This document shows, in pieces, positions 51,594 through 63,021 of a DNA stretch of 64,000 bases (position 1 is its first letter; each line of letters starts with the position of its first letter). Below the pieces are notes generated by a model that searched no databases, was not told the origin of the DNA, and worked only from the letters and a program-made list of their open reading frames with translations. This stretch comes from Tubiluchus corallicola (lineage: Eukaryota > Animalia > Priapulida), in assembly GCA_030141605.1 (NCBI GenBank), contig JAQGDQ010000396.1, forward strand, positions 62,001 to 126,000, in the 5' to 3' direction. The position numbers were made by a program, and so were the translations under genes.

Positions 51594-54500
51594 CTAATTG
51601 TCTTCTTTACCGAGTTTTTTGACTAGGTGTATGTAGAATGCGGGTGGTTCTTCTGATATCTTGTCTAGTGATTTAAAGTCACCATAAACCGTTATCGTGC
51701 ACCTGTCATCAAATGCTTCTTTTAGTAGCTTCTTGAAAGGCTCAAGACGGTGAGGATAGTATGAAAGACGGAAGTGGCTGAAAAAAGAAGGTTGATATTG
51801 AACTCTTCTTATATAATTTTTTTCAAAAATTATGCAAAGTTTTCCAAAATTTTCGAAGTATTTCAGACAACAGTAGTACTTAATATTATTGCTGAACTTA
51901 CTTTATGGGCGTGCCTTTAAAAGGCTTCTTCTTTAATAAAGTCTGCTTAGCCATGAAGTGGTCGACATCTTCTTGCTCCAGCATATCTGTCAAGTCCATT
52001 GTATAGTCCAACGTCACCAAATTTGGAGATCCGTTCATGTAAAGTATGCTTGTATTTATATCAGTAATCTGAGAGCTCTAAAGCAAAAAAAGTGCCATGT
52101 GTGGTTATTAACTAAAATTTAGACATTAACCAACTTAGCTACTTGCAATGTATAAGTGCTTTCTGCTCTTCTGCAAGGTTTTCCTGACTAGTGAAAAACA
52201 CTTTGGAAGTTTTAAGTAATCGTGATAACTGATTACTTTTATCTTATAATTGATTACTTGTCAAATTTAATACGTCACACTTTATGCTGATTCACACGTT
52301 GTGGTCTTTGTGTTTAATTGGAGCTATTAAGCATGAAAATTCACAATTTGTGGCAATTTCATTTTTAGCAACCATTTTCAAGTGTCTAGTTTCAAGAACG
52401 AATGCTTTGTCACAGAACTAAAACTTAAATTTTTGGCATCATTTAAGTGATCATTTAGCAGTCAATTAATGGGCAAAGTAACTGGTATTTTGAGGCATTT
52501 CAAACAGACTATTACGGACTCAGCTACAATCAAGTGAGATGTTACACTCACATACATTATAATATATGTTTTGTTTTGGAGCTTTTCCTGTGTCAAGGAT
52601 GTAGTCATAGTTACGGTGGTCAATGATTACAAATCCGCCTGTACGAACCATGGCAGCCATGTTACGTAGAGCTACTCTCTGATTTGTCCCCGTTCCATCA
52701 AAGTTTGGCAAGTGTGCAAAAGAGTTCCCTGAAAGGACAAATTCATGCAAGATGGCCTTCCTAAATTGGATAAATCTACAGATATTCATTATTCTTTTGC
52801 ATGCAATTCTACATTCCTCTTACCTAGACATATCACAGCATCATATCCATCTTGATTTTGTGGTTTGTTTATGTCATCTGTGAGTGTTAACCAGTTTGCT
52901 TCTTCTATTTCTGAAGTGGTAAAATTCTGGATCAGCAATGTTCATGTTATGTTAATTATATGGCACAGTACTGAAAGAAGGTTTTATTACTTTTAGTAAG
53001 TTTTGAAGTTTTGCACATATAAAGTGACATTGTTGCATCTAGTCAATTTGTCATTTCTAGTTTTTGCATAATCTTGAACAGATTATGTTTCCTGTGTAGT
53101 GCTGTGATGGGGTGTGCTGTTGCTTGTACGTCAAGAATTCTTATTGCTAGCTAACTTTTTAACATTTAGGTGTTAACATTTTAACCTTTCATGAAGTCTC
53201 TTGTACAAACTTTTTAGGAACTTGTATGCACACTGTCAGTCTTACAAACATTCTGAACACTGCTTGACATGCTGGACATTCACACCTTACCCCAGGCGTC
53301 AAATCGAGGATCTTTTCGGCGACGCCATCGTTCTTTTAGTGCATACTTCAGCATTTTATCACTGGCATCAACGCTTTTCATGTTGAAACCTTCTTCGAGC
53401 AACATGATAGAATCAACGCTAAAAACGGGAGAAATAGATTTAATGTTATTCTGATAAAACACTATGCTTATAGTGTCTATATAGATAATAAAGAACATAA
53501 TGGAAATTTTTAATGTTTTCAATGTAGATGAACTGTTATAGACAAATACAGAATCTTATTTGCTATGTTAGTGTCAACCAGAAGGCATATTTACAAATAC
53601 TGTGGGCAATGGCAAACATAAAATTCCTGTTTGTTGTGTATTGAAATATAAGTGAGTCTGTGGTATGACATGTAAATTATTTCTGCATTTACAAGGTGTC
53701 TGCCATGTCATTGTGTAATACTAATTGCTTGTCCACTTGCTTGACCAACTTTAAATAAAGAAGCCATTTTTTTGTTCTGTAGTCTCCTGGTCATGTTCTC
53801 TAAGCATTGCCTTGCATGAAATTTGCATATAGGGGTGGGTAGGGGCCTGTGCCATTGATCCCATTATGTTGTATCCACTGCTATTATGATTGTGCACAGA
53901 CAATGGTGTTTTATAACTCATTACCTCCAAACACCATAGTAATTATGCAGCAACTAGATTTGAATAACACACATCTTCAGTCTCATCATTATCACTTCTT
54001 CTTCATACTAGCCAATCTCCATGTATGTGTTTTTATCTAAAACTGAGTTGTGGGAATACTAGAAATCATTGGGCTATGGAAATATAGGGCTAAAGAGAAC
54101 CCAGAATCATTAAATTGGGAATTCTCGGTTTTTTATTACTGGTATTTTTACTCAGATATGGATATTACTCATTCAGACATGGCACAGTTCATTTAAATAT
54201 GACCTGGTGCATTTAGATGTAGACAGTGTTGTATATAGATATTGTTGACTAAAATGTGACAGAACAAGTCAGATCTTAACTTTCTCATTAGGTACTTACC
54301 CCGAGAGTTATTAGCTGTCGACCTGTACCGCTTAATCTGATGCAAAATGTAATGGTACTACATTAAGATTAATGAAATATACAATGGCACCACAATGAAT
54401 ACCAGATGCTTCAAAGGTACTTCAAACTTGCTGCAATTTTGCATTCAGCAGTATAGCATCGGAAACATACCTCTAATAGGAGTAATGATGCTCGAAAAAG

Positions 54501-57500
54501 TTTGGGAACTGACTAGATTAGAAGTACAGAAACATTTATATGTAACTATTTTCGTTTTTCATTAATGTCTTTTGTTTTTAAATTTTTGGGTTGGCTGGGC
54601 ATGTTGTACTTCTCTAAGCCTTCAGGCTTTGCTAGTTTTTAAATTTCTATTTAAATTTGTTGTAGGTTCATTGTTCCTATCAACTGGTACAGTTTGTATG
54701 ATATTTCCATTTTTTTTTTAGTTTAGCCCTAACTAAACTTGATTTTTAAGCTTTAACCATTTCCTTTTGTTTGTATAGCCCTAGCAGGTACAAATGTTCT
54801 ATAAAGAACAATGCGAAAATGAATCAGTTACATTCCTTTGTTTAACATTTTTGCAATTTTGTATTGTTAAGCATAAAAGTTCTTTTTTATTTTCAGGTTT
54901 GAAAGCTGAATCTAACAGCTTCATGCTAGAATAATTTCCAGTAAAGTGTTCAAGAATCTTGTTAGGATAGTAAAATAAAGGAATAATATACAATGCCTAA
55001 CAAGTTACAGCTAGACAAAATTGCTTGGGAGTGGGTTAAAAGTACAGATCATGCAAATGTTAGCGAGCAACATGTCAGAACGGCTTATCGACTGACGTTG
55101 GTGCCATGTCCACCAGGAGCATGCAAACGAAATTGTACAGGCAGTCCATTGTGCTTGAATGGACTTGGTGAAAAAGCTTGGAAGGGAAGTACTTGTGACA
55201 ACAAGTGGGATGATGCTGAAGATCCACAAAAAGAGAGAAGAGAGCCAGGCACTTTTGTTGGGCTAAAAAATCTGGGTGCTACTTGTTATATCAACAGCTT
55301 ATTACAAGTTTGGTTCCATGACAATGTCTTTCGTTCTGTAATATATCAGTGGAGATCACAGATGATTGGAACTGAATGTAATGGTAGTAATAGTGTAGAC
55401 AAATTAACAGCCCCAGCTGAGGACTGGACCCCTTCTTCCATTTGCGAGCATCTACAAGTTTTATTTGCACTTTTGGAACTCAGTTGTAGAAGATACATAG
55501 ATCCTGCAGAATTTGTTGCTGCTCTTGGTTTAGACGCTATGGTGCAGCAAGATGCCCAGGAGTTCTCAAAGTTGTTCTTTAGTCTTCTAGATGAGAAATT
55601 ACAGCAGCAAGAGAATCACAACTTGCGTAATGTCATATCTGCACAGTTTCAAGGCAGCTATTTCTACATAACCGTGTGTAGTCATTGTGGAGTTGCCTCA
55701 ACTAGAAAGTCAACTTTTAATGAGCTAGAACTCAACATTAAAGGAAATAGCACGCTTGTCGATTGTATAAATGAATTTCTGCACGAGGAGGAACTTGAAG
55801 GTGAAAATCAGTATCAGTGTCACAGCTGCAACACGAAACGAAATGCTGTGAGACGAATTGAGTTAGCTACTCTGCCTTCTGTTCTTAATTTTCAATTGCT
55901 TAGGTTTATTTTTGATAGAAATACTGGCCGCAAAAAGAAGCATAATGGTACTATCCAGTTTCCTATTGTGCTGGACATGAGCAGTTACGTTGGACATCCT
56001 AGTGGCACTGATACGTATGATTTAACAGCAGTGCTGGTGCACAGAGGAGTGACAACATATGCAGGTCATTACATTGCACATGTAAAGGAAGCTAATGGAA
56101 CTTGGTATATGTTCAATGATGAGGTTGTCAGAAAAATGTCAGGAAAAGGCTTACAGCTTCACGACAATAGTGATGACTTGGACTACGTTACTACTGATGG
56201 TAACAACATAGAGCTGAAATCACAGCCGAAGAAACGGCCACTAAAAGGGCATCATTTATCAAAAGATGCCTACATGCTAGTCTACCGGAAGGCGGGTAAT
56301 CTCACAGGTTCCTCAAAGGCGTCTATCAAAGACCTGCCCGATTGTGTGATAAATTATGTGATGAACGATAATAATAAATTTGAAAAGTGGGTGGTAGAAG
56401 TACAGGAAGCACGAGAAAAAGACATAAAAATCAGCCTTGAAATGCAAAAAATCATTTGTGACACATATGATCAACTTCGTCGTTCAGAAACTGATGAGAA
56501 TGAGTGGATATCTACAAAATGGCTTCAAAAATGGTTGTTAGAGCCCGAAAGTGCTGGTCCTGTAACAAATCATGACTTGGTCTGTTCTCATGAGTGCTTA
56601 GATCCCGAGAATGTTAAAATTGTGAAGTATGTTAGTTCAACTGGTGCTGAGGCACTGTATTCCAAATATGGGGGCGGGCCTCGTCTAAAAGGCACTTTAC
56701 TGTGTAAGGAGTGTGTAAAGAACAAATGTTTATTCATGCAACTAAAGGAGAGAGTCAATAACGATCATAAGTTTATAACAGGAATATTAAAGAGAAAAGC
56801 TAAAGAGTCAGAAAACAGCTATTGGGTTGGAAAACACTCTCTTCGCATTTGGAGAAGGCTGGCGATGAATCAGTGTGAGAATAAATGCTCCATCAGCAAC
56901 GGGCAAGAAATTTTTCATGATGATGATGAAGGGGAAGAAATGTCAGTGTGCGAAAATGGAACCAATGAGGGCGATAGCAAATCTGAACGTGAAAAAAATT
57001 GTGTTGATGAAAATAACATGACTGGTGAAAATACAGAAGTTAGTACTGAACACCAGTTCAATGAAGACATTCTATGCACATTGCACCAATGCCTGGGAAC
57101 AGATGAATTGCGGCGGCGTCTGGTCACTAAGGATGTGTGGGATCGGTTGAAAACTTACTTTCCTGAAGCACCTGAATTTGTATTTGGTGATCTAGTGTGT
57201 GAGCTATGCAAGGAAAGTGATAATCGCCTACAAGAAGAAAGGCTCTTGAATAAGAATATGGCCAACGAGCAGAAAGAAGCTCTCGGCGACTTGTACAGAA
57301 ATCGTAATCGGCCGTCTTGGGTCTTGGAACATTTGGACCAGCTCTTTATTGTTTCTCATGACTTTGTTGATGAGTGGCGAAAATTTTTAAAGGATGCCTT
57401 GAACAGGGATAGAATATCAATTTGTGCAAACGATACTCTAATTTGTTCTCATGGCTTGCTAATAGTTCATCCTGTTCTGAGCAATGAACTGGAATCGAGG

Positions 57501-60500
57501 AGCTATGATTATCTTACACCCGCTGAGTGGCATACATTGAAAACTTTCTATGGTTACGATGTAGAAATATCAGTGGTTCGAGTATTTGATGAGCAAAACA
57601 ATGTACAATACTTTACAAATCCTCAAGTATGTTCAAAGTGTTCTACAGCTAGACAGGAAAAATTTAACGAAATGGCTCACACATTTCATAATGCAACTAT
57701 TCATGTTAGGCTGCTATCAAGTGATTTCGAAACTGATGCAGCTAGTAATGGCTCCATAAGCAAACAGAAGAGAAGTGCTAGTGAAGAACCAGAATACAAA
57801 AACACTAATAGTGCAAAAAAGCAAAAACTGGATACGACTGTAAAGACCCCTTGCACTGATACTTCTGGGTTGCGGCGTAGCGGACGGATGCGAAAAACGC
57901 GACATGACAAATCTATTCAGATATCTTCCACCGACACATTGAAAGATCTAAAAGTTAAACTTATGGGTATGTTCTCTGTGGCACCTTTTGATCAGCATGT
58001 GTTTCTCGATGGCAAGGAACTAGTGAACGGTGATGAACTGCTAACCACATTAAAGGTATTGCCCGGTTGTATGATTGCCTTGAAATCTGACACCACTCCT
58101 TATGATGATGGCGATGCAGTGATAGATGGTGATGCAGCCGAGTCCACAATAGAGGCTGGATTTAAAGGCACGGGTTTGTTAGGACACTAGGTATCTGTAA
58201 TTATTTACAAGTTTCACCTACAGTATTCCATGCATTGACTCCTTAAATGCATGCTTATTTTTTTGTGAAATGTTATTTATGCTTGTAAATATTAGTCAAG
58301 TCTTGCATGTAAACTGATGTTTAGTCTTTGCGAATTCTTAATTTCAATTCAATTAAAGTTTCTGACGTAAAATGTAATTTTTTTCTCAAAATTTCTTTAT
58401 TTTGCATAGATGTTTCATATCTTGTAACAAAGAATTTTTTGTCATGCTTGTTTGACACAAAAGTGCTAGCAAACTAGTGCTGCCATCTCCAAAAATATTG
58501 TTGAATTAACTAAAAAGCTGAAGTGACTTTAAGGCTGGTTCTAACTTGTTTCTATGTGGTTTATAATTTTTCCATACATTTGATAATAAAAAACGATTTG
58601 TTTGAGACAGCGAAAAGATTAGTTACACAAAAATGGTCAATAAGTTGTTTATCATTCGATAATTTATTCCAGTTTGTTTAAATTAGTAAATACATCTAAT
58701 GCGAAAGATTCTCGCTGTTGTATTTTGTACGGTGTACGAGTATGTCGCACGAAATTTGAACGATGTTTTAGGTGTGTTTTGCGACGCCTGCAGCACTTAT
58801 GCACAAGCGGACAAGGCCAATGTTGAATGACATTCGCGCGAGTGTATTGCGATCACTTCATGACCGTTTCACAAAATTTCGCAAGAAGTCCATAAAAATT
58901 GCCATAAAAAAATCAGTGTACTATAGTACGACTTACACTGCTAGTTGGCAAATGCGTCATGTGCCGTAATAGTTCTCCATGGTGTCGCCAAATTGCCGAA
59001 AAACAGTCACTAAATAGTGCAGCATTATGAAAAGCGTCTCAGAATGTGTTTATAGTTTTCATTTCGCGGACATCACATATAGTTAAGGGCATATACGTGC
59101 AGGCTTGGCGTATAATGTTCAGACAGCTTTAGGACTGTTTGGAGACGTTTTGGTGAGGTGGCGAGTTTTGCGACTTCGGCGATAAACTGTAAACATTTAA
59201 ACACATTCAATGTACATTCAATACAAGAAACAATTTTATTAGTTTATAAAAAAAAGTGGCATGAAGATTAATAGTCTTCAAAAATTAACGTAGTGCTGAT
59301 TGGTTAAAGGGTGGTGAGGAACTAAAAGTTATCAAAGATATGTTGCTGTTAGTCTGTAATTAGGTGCGCAATTGTCAATAAAGATGCGTTACTAAGTAAA
59401 AATGAATTTACCTATGTAATTTATTTGTATTCAATTAAATGTATTTAATTTATTTAGATACTTATATACTTCAAATTTGCAAAGTTGGTCAATATGAAAT
59501 TAGAAAATTTATATATCAGTGGATTTAATGTAATGTAAATTAGGGTTAGTAAGATTAGTAATTACGCAATTTGTAGCCCACATATTTACACGTAGTAGTA
59601 CAGTAATACGTCACACACGCACGCGCGCGCGCGCGCACACACACAGTCTTGTACACATACGAACACATATTCTGGTATACACATGTACAGTTAACTGTAT
59701 ACTCGTATAAATGTACATGTTCATAATACGTATAATGTGCACTTTTGGCGATAGCGGCGAATAGCTGCCAATCTATGGCGACTATTAAATTTGGGGATCT
59801 TTCGGAGCGTATTTAGCGATTGTCGGGTTTAAAATTTTTCGGATAGTCGCTGTAATCGCAACTCCGTGAAACTTGGCTTTAACAGCTCCTGTCTTTATAA
59901 GCAAACGGTAATTAACGTGCTCAGGTAGCCGCAGAATTATCTGTACATTATCAGAGAATGCAATACACGCTACTCTTGCATTTTTCATGAAAGCTGAATT
60001 TTATATTTATATTTAGGAACTCAATTAAAAACAAAATTGTATCTGATATGCCTCATTTTTAATAACATGCCTCATTTTTTGTCAGGAAGGGGTAATTAGC
60101 TTGCTTTGTTAGACGGCAGCAGTCAAAATTCTCGTTTTATTGGGGAAGGAGAACACGTCTTTTATTGCCTGTTTGTAATTTGCACGTTTACGTCTCCTCG
60201 CATGCAGTGAAGTTGCAAGGTGGACGTCGACATGCCTAGTATGCAAGGACGTCGAAACCCATGTGCGGCTGTTTTTATTTTGGTATACCTGCATTTCTGG
60301 CAAGATCCCAAGTTTTTGATTTTCGTATTGCATGGCAAAGGTCTAACAGGAGGTCATCACACACTATGATAACATCGTAAGAACTAAGTCTGCGGACAGT
60401 TTGGACCAGTTAGATCTGGATTTATCAAGAACTTATGCCCAATAGCATTGGCAAACCTACTAAATAAGCTATAAACCCACTGCTCGAAACTCAGATTAAT

Positions 60501-61961
60501 AACCGTGCAAATAAAAATCCGATAAAGCTGAGTCATGAAAAGGTGATGCGACATAAATATTTACTTTCCTGTAACTTTGTAAGCGTTGAATGTCAGTTCA
60601 CTGCCTTAGAAAAGCTAAGAGAACTGACGCTCTTTCAGGACTGAAGTATGATCAAGCCTAACTCACTAATGGGTACCATTTCATTTGTTTGTTAGGCCTA
60701 TTATTTAGTATTTATGATCGAGATTAAGAGCTATTGTCAAACTGTCTCAATTAGGCCACTGAAATTTATTTCAGCCATTTGTTTCATAACAATCAAAATA
60801 CTATATAAAAGTAACGTTAATATTTTACTTTTTATACAGCATTTCTTCAGTTTTATGTCATCTGTATAATTTATTTACTGAACATATTAAAGCGCAATGA
60901 GAGAAAGTGTTTATGTCAATGTTGAATTTGCTAACTGTATCGTAGTGCTCCTTTTGATGTAAAAGTGAAAGTTTTAACTTGTCTCACTTCACCACTTTTG
61001 CACTTTGTTAAAAGCTGGAGCAGTACCGAACTAGGGACTTTGCACAGGAATGCATTAAAATTTGCGTTAGGTATGCTATTAAAGAGTTGGATTATAGCAT
61101 GCGGTGCCAGAATATACTGGAACTAAAGATAACACAATTCACTATGCAAATAATGCAAAATACTTCTATAAACTTGATAGAGTTTGCGGAAATAATAATC
61201 TTTAATTAAGCAAATATTCACAATTGTAATTAACGTAGCGTTCAAACACGCTCTTCGGTAACAAAAATATATGCAGAATTAGAATGTAAAACAGTAAATC
61301 GTCCGTTAAAAGCTTAGCTATAATGCAGGTTATTAGGGAAATCCAGTTCTTAACTATTTTACTTAAAAATTGTGTGTTAGTTTGACAGCATTGATCCGTG
61401 AAAATCATACGGATTTATAATGCAATTTTTTATAAATCAATAGACTGTTGACTGTGTGATTCATCGCCCAGAAAAAATCTGTCTGTTGGGATGGAAGACA
61501 ATTAATTTCTAAAGGGCTTCTAAAAGGTACAAATAACAAATCTTATTTTCATCTGTTTTTTTAAATATATCGAAATACCGCAAAATATACGTGTAATATA
61601 AATTATACGCATTTCACTACTTCAAGCACAGCAAAATGCTGTTCTTGAACTAGTTGAATACGTACAATTTCTGAAATAAGATATTATGTATAAGATATGT
61701 ATGAAATCTATGCTTGTATGTATACCTACATATGTGAGGTTTACATATAACTTACCCTGTTCCGCATGCAACATCCAGGACATGGTGACAGTCGTTATCT
61801 TTCAATAGTTTGCAAAGAAACCGTTTGTAGTTCTCTGTTCGCTTTGACTTCGTTCCGATGTAATACTCCCATACTGTGGCCGCTACCCCATCTGCGTACT
61901 GGTCAGGTAAACCGGGTGTGGCTACCCCCAGTGACCGGGTTCTATACACGCTATCTACCAT
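51594..61961 (-). CDS. GNMT: Glycine N-methyltransferase, 6 exons, ~317 aa
   Basis: Exons 61961-61756, 53418-53291, 52910-52824, 52728-52556, 52077-51902, 51777-51594 (954 nt, in frame). Motifs: [24 protein letters not shown] motif [72 protein letters not shown] and FRLSYYPH. Confidence 0.96.
54993..58190 (+). CDS. USP48: Ubiquitin carboxyl-terminal hydrolase 48, intronless CDS, 1065 aa
   Basis: Uninterrupted ORF with Cys box [23 protein letters not shown], His box HRG..AGHY and FND, followed by DUSP-like repeats, a C-terminal ubiquitin-like domain ([17 protein letters not shown]) and the USP48-type tail [10 protein letters not shown]. Confidence 0.96.
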   Translation: MPNKLQLDKIAWEWVKSTDHANVSEQHVRTAYRLTLVPCPPGACKRNCTGSPLCLNGLGEKAWKGSTCDNKWDDAEDPQKERREPGTFVGLKNLGATCYINSLLQVWFHDNVFRSVIYQWRSQMIGTECNGSNSVDKLTAPAEDWTPSSICEHLQVLFALLELSCRRYIDPAEFVAALGLDAMVQQDAQEFSKLFFSLLDEKLQQQENHNLRNVISAQFQGSYFYITVCSHCGVASTRKSTFNELELNIKGNSTLVDCINEFLHEEELEGENQYQCHSCNTKRNAVRRIELATLPSVLNFQLLRFIFDRNTGRKKKHNGTIQFPIVLDMSSYVGHPSGTDTYDLTAVLVHRGVTTYAGHYIAHVKEANGTWYMFNDEVVRKMSGKGLQLHDNSDDLDYVTTDGNNIELKSQPKKRPLKGHHLSKDAYMLVYRKAGNLTGSSKASIKDLPDCVINYVMNDNNKFEKWVVEVQEAREKDIKISLEMQKIICDTYDQLRRSETDENEWISTKWLQKWLLEPESAGPVTNHDLVCSHECLDPENVKIVKYVSSTGAEALYSKYGGGPRLKGTLLCKECVKNKCLFMQLKERVNNDHKFITGILKRKAKESENSYWVGKHSLRIWRRLAMNQCENKCSISNGQEIFHDDDEGEEMSVCENGTNEGDSKSEREKNCVDENNMTGENTEVSTEHQFNEDILCTLHQCLGTDELRRRLVTKDVWDRLKTYFPEAPEFVFGDLVCELCKESDNRLQEERLLNKNMANEQKEALGDLYRNRNRPSWVLEHLDQLFIVSHDFVDEWRKFLKDALNRDRISICANDTLICSHGLLIVHPVLSNELESRSYDYLTPAEWHTLKTFYGYDVEISVVRVFDEQNNVQYFTNPQVCSKCSTARQEKFNEMAHTFHNATIHVRLLSSDFETDAASNGSISKQKRSASEEPEYKNTNSAKKQKLDTTVKTPCTDTSGLRRSGRMRKTRHDKSIQISSTDTLKDLKVKLMGMFSVAPFDQHVFLDGKELVNGDELLTTLKVLPGCMIALKSDTTPYDDGDAVIDGDAAESTIEAGFKGTGLLGH
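59612..59645. repeat. (CA)n/(CG)n alternating purine-pyrimidine tract
   Basis: CACACACGCACGCGCGCGCGCGCGCACACACACA directly visible. Confidence 0.9.
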
Positions 61962-62035
61962 CGTCCAGTATATTATAAGCACGACTTTCTCGATTAATTT
62001 CCAGTATGACTTCCGTGTTTGTCGTTGTTCGTGTG

Positions 62036-62073
62036 ACTAACTGCTCTTCGAGCGTTCTGCGGGTGTTTATATA
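62036..62073 (-). promoter_or_regulatory. GNMT core promoter: TATA box plus initiator
   Basis: Minus-strand TATATAAA (62073-62066) lies ~31 nt upstream of GCAGTTAGTC (Inr-like), about 80 nt upstream of the ATG. Confidence 0.65.
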
Positions 62074-62206
62074 GTTTTAGGTAAGTGAACTCTCCATACG
62101 TCATTATCAAGATATTTTGGTAGTGCTAAAAGACATGTATAAGTCTGCTAAGTTGACAATGCATGCATGCTGCAAGGTGAAATCCCCAATGCCGTACCGC
62201 GTAACT

Positions 62207-62618
62207 GGAATCCAGGTAGTAAAGTCACAGAAAAAGATACAGATAAAAAGTCCCAGGAAATCGAGTCACAGGAAAAAAGTCACGCGAAGAAAGAAATAAT
62301 CCTAACCTCAACCATACCCCTAGCCATAACCATAACCCCACCATAACTCTAAGACATTGAACGAAAGTTGATTCTTTTCACATACACCTTATATAAATAG
62401 TGTTGGTAATAAGTACAGGTCAGTTGATTAAAAATATTTCCTGTTTTATTACTCTAATTGTTTATGGTTTGATGAAATTGTGACTGACTTGAACAACTGA
62501 CTTGAGCTAATCTAATCAGGTAGAACGTGTGCTTTCTTTCCTAGCCAAATTTGTAACTTTTTTCCGGCCACCGTGAATTAATTGTGACTTTTTCCTGTGA
62601 CTTTATTACCGGTCATCC
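62207..62618. mobile_element. Non-autonomous DNA element with subterminal repeats and a telomere-like tract
   Basis: GG...CC ends. GGTAGTAAAGTCACAG/CTGTGACTTTATTACC inverted repeats plus AGTCAC subterminal repeats. GTAACT duplicated at 62201-62206 and 62619-62624. Internal CCTAAC/CATAAC-like tract at ~62300-62351. Confidence 0.75.
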
Positions 62619-62892
62619 GTAACTCTAACTCCCAACTGCATTTTTATTCTCTCATCATCTGCCTCCCTTTCTCTTGTTTTGCCCTCGTTTCTTTCTCTTC
62701 TTAATTAATTCTAATCCCCTCCACATCTCTCTTTCTCTCTCTCTTTTCCCATTTCTCCCTTATCCCTCTTTCATTTTCTTTTCATGTTTATTCCTTTTCT
62801 TTCCCCAATTTATTGTTCGATTTTGTTCTATTTCGCTCTCCTCCCTTCTTTCATTCCCCCTTCGGTTTTCGTTCATTATCTTTGGCCTCATT

Positions 62893-63021
<129 letters not shown>

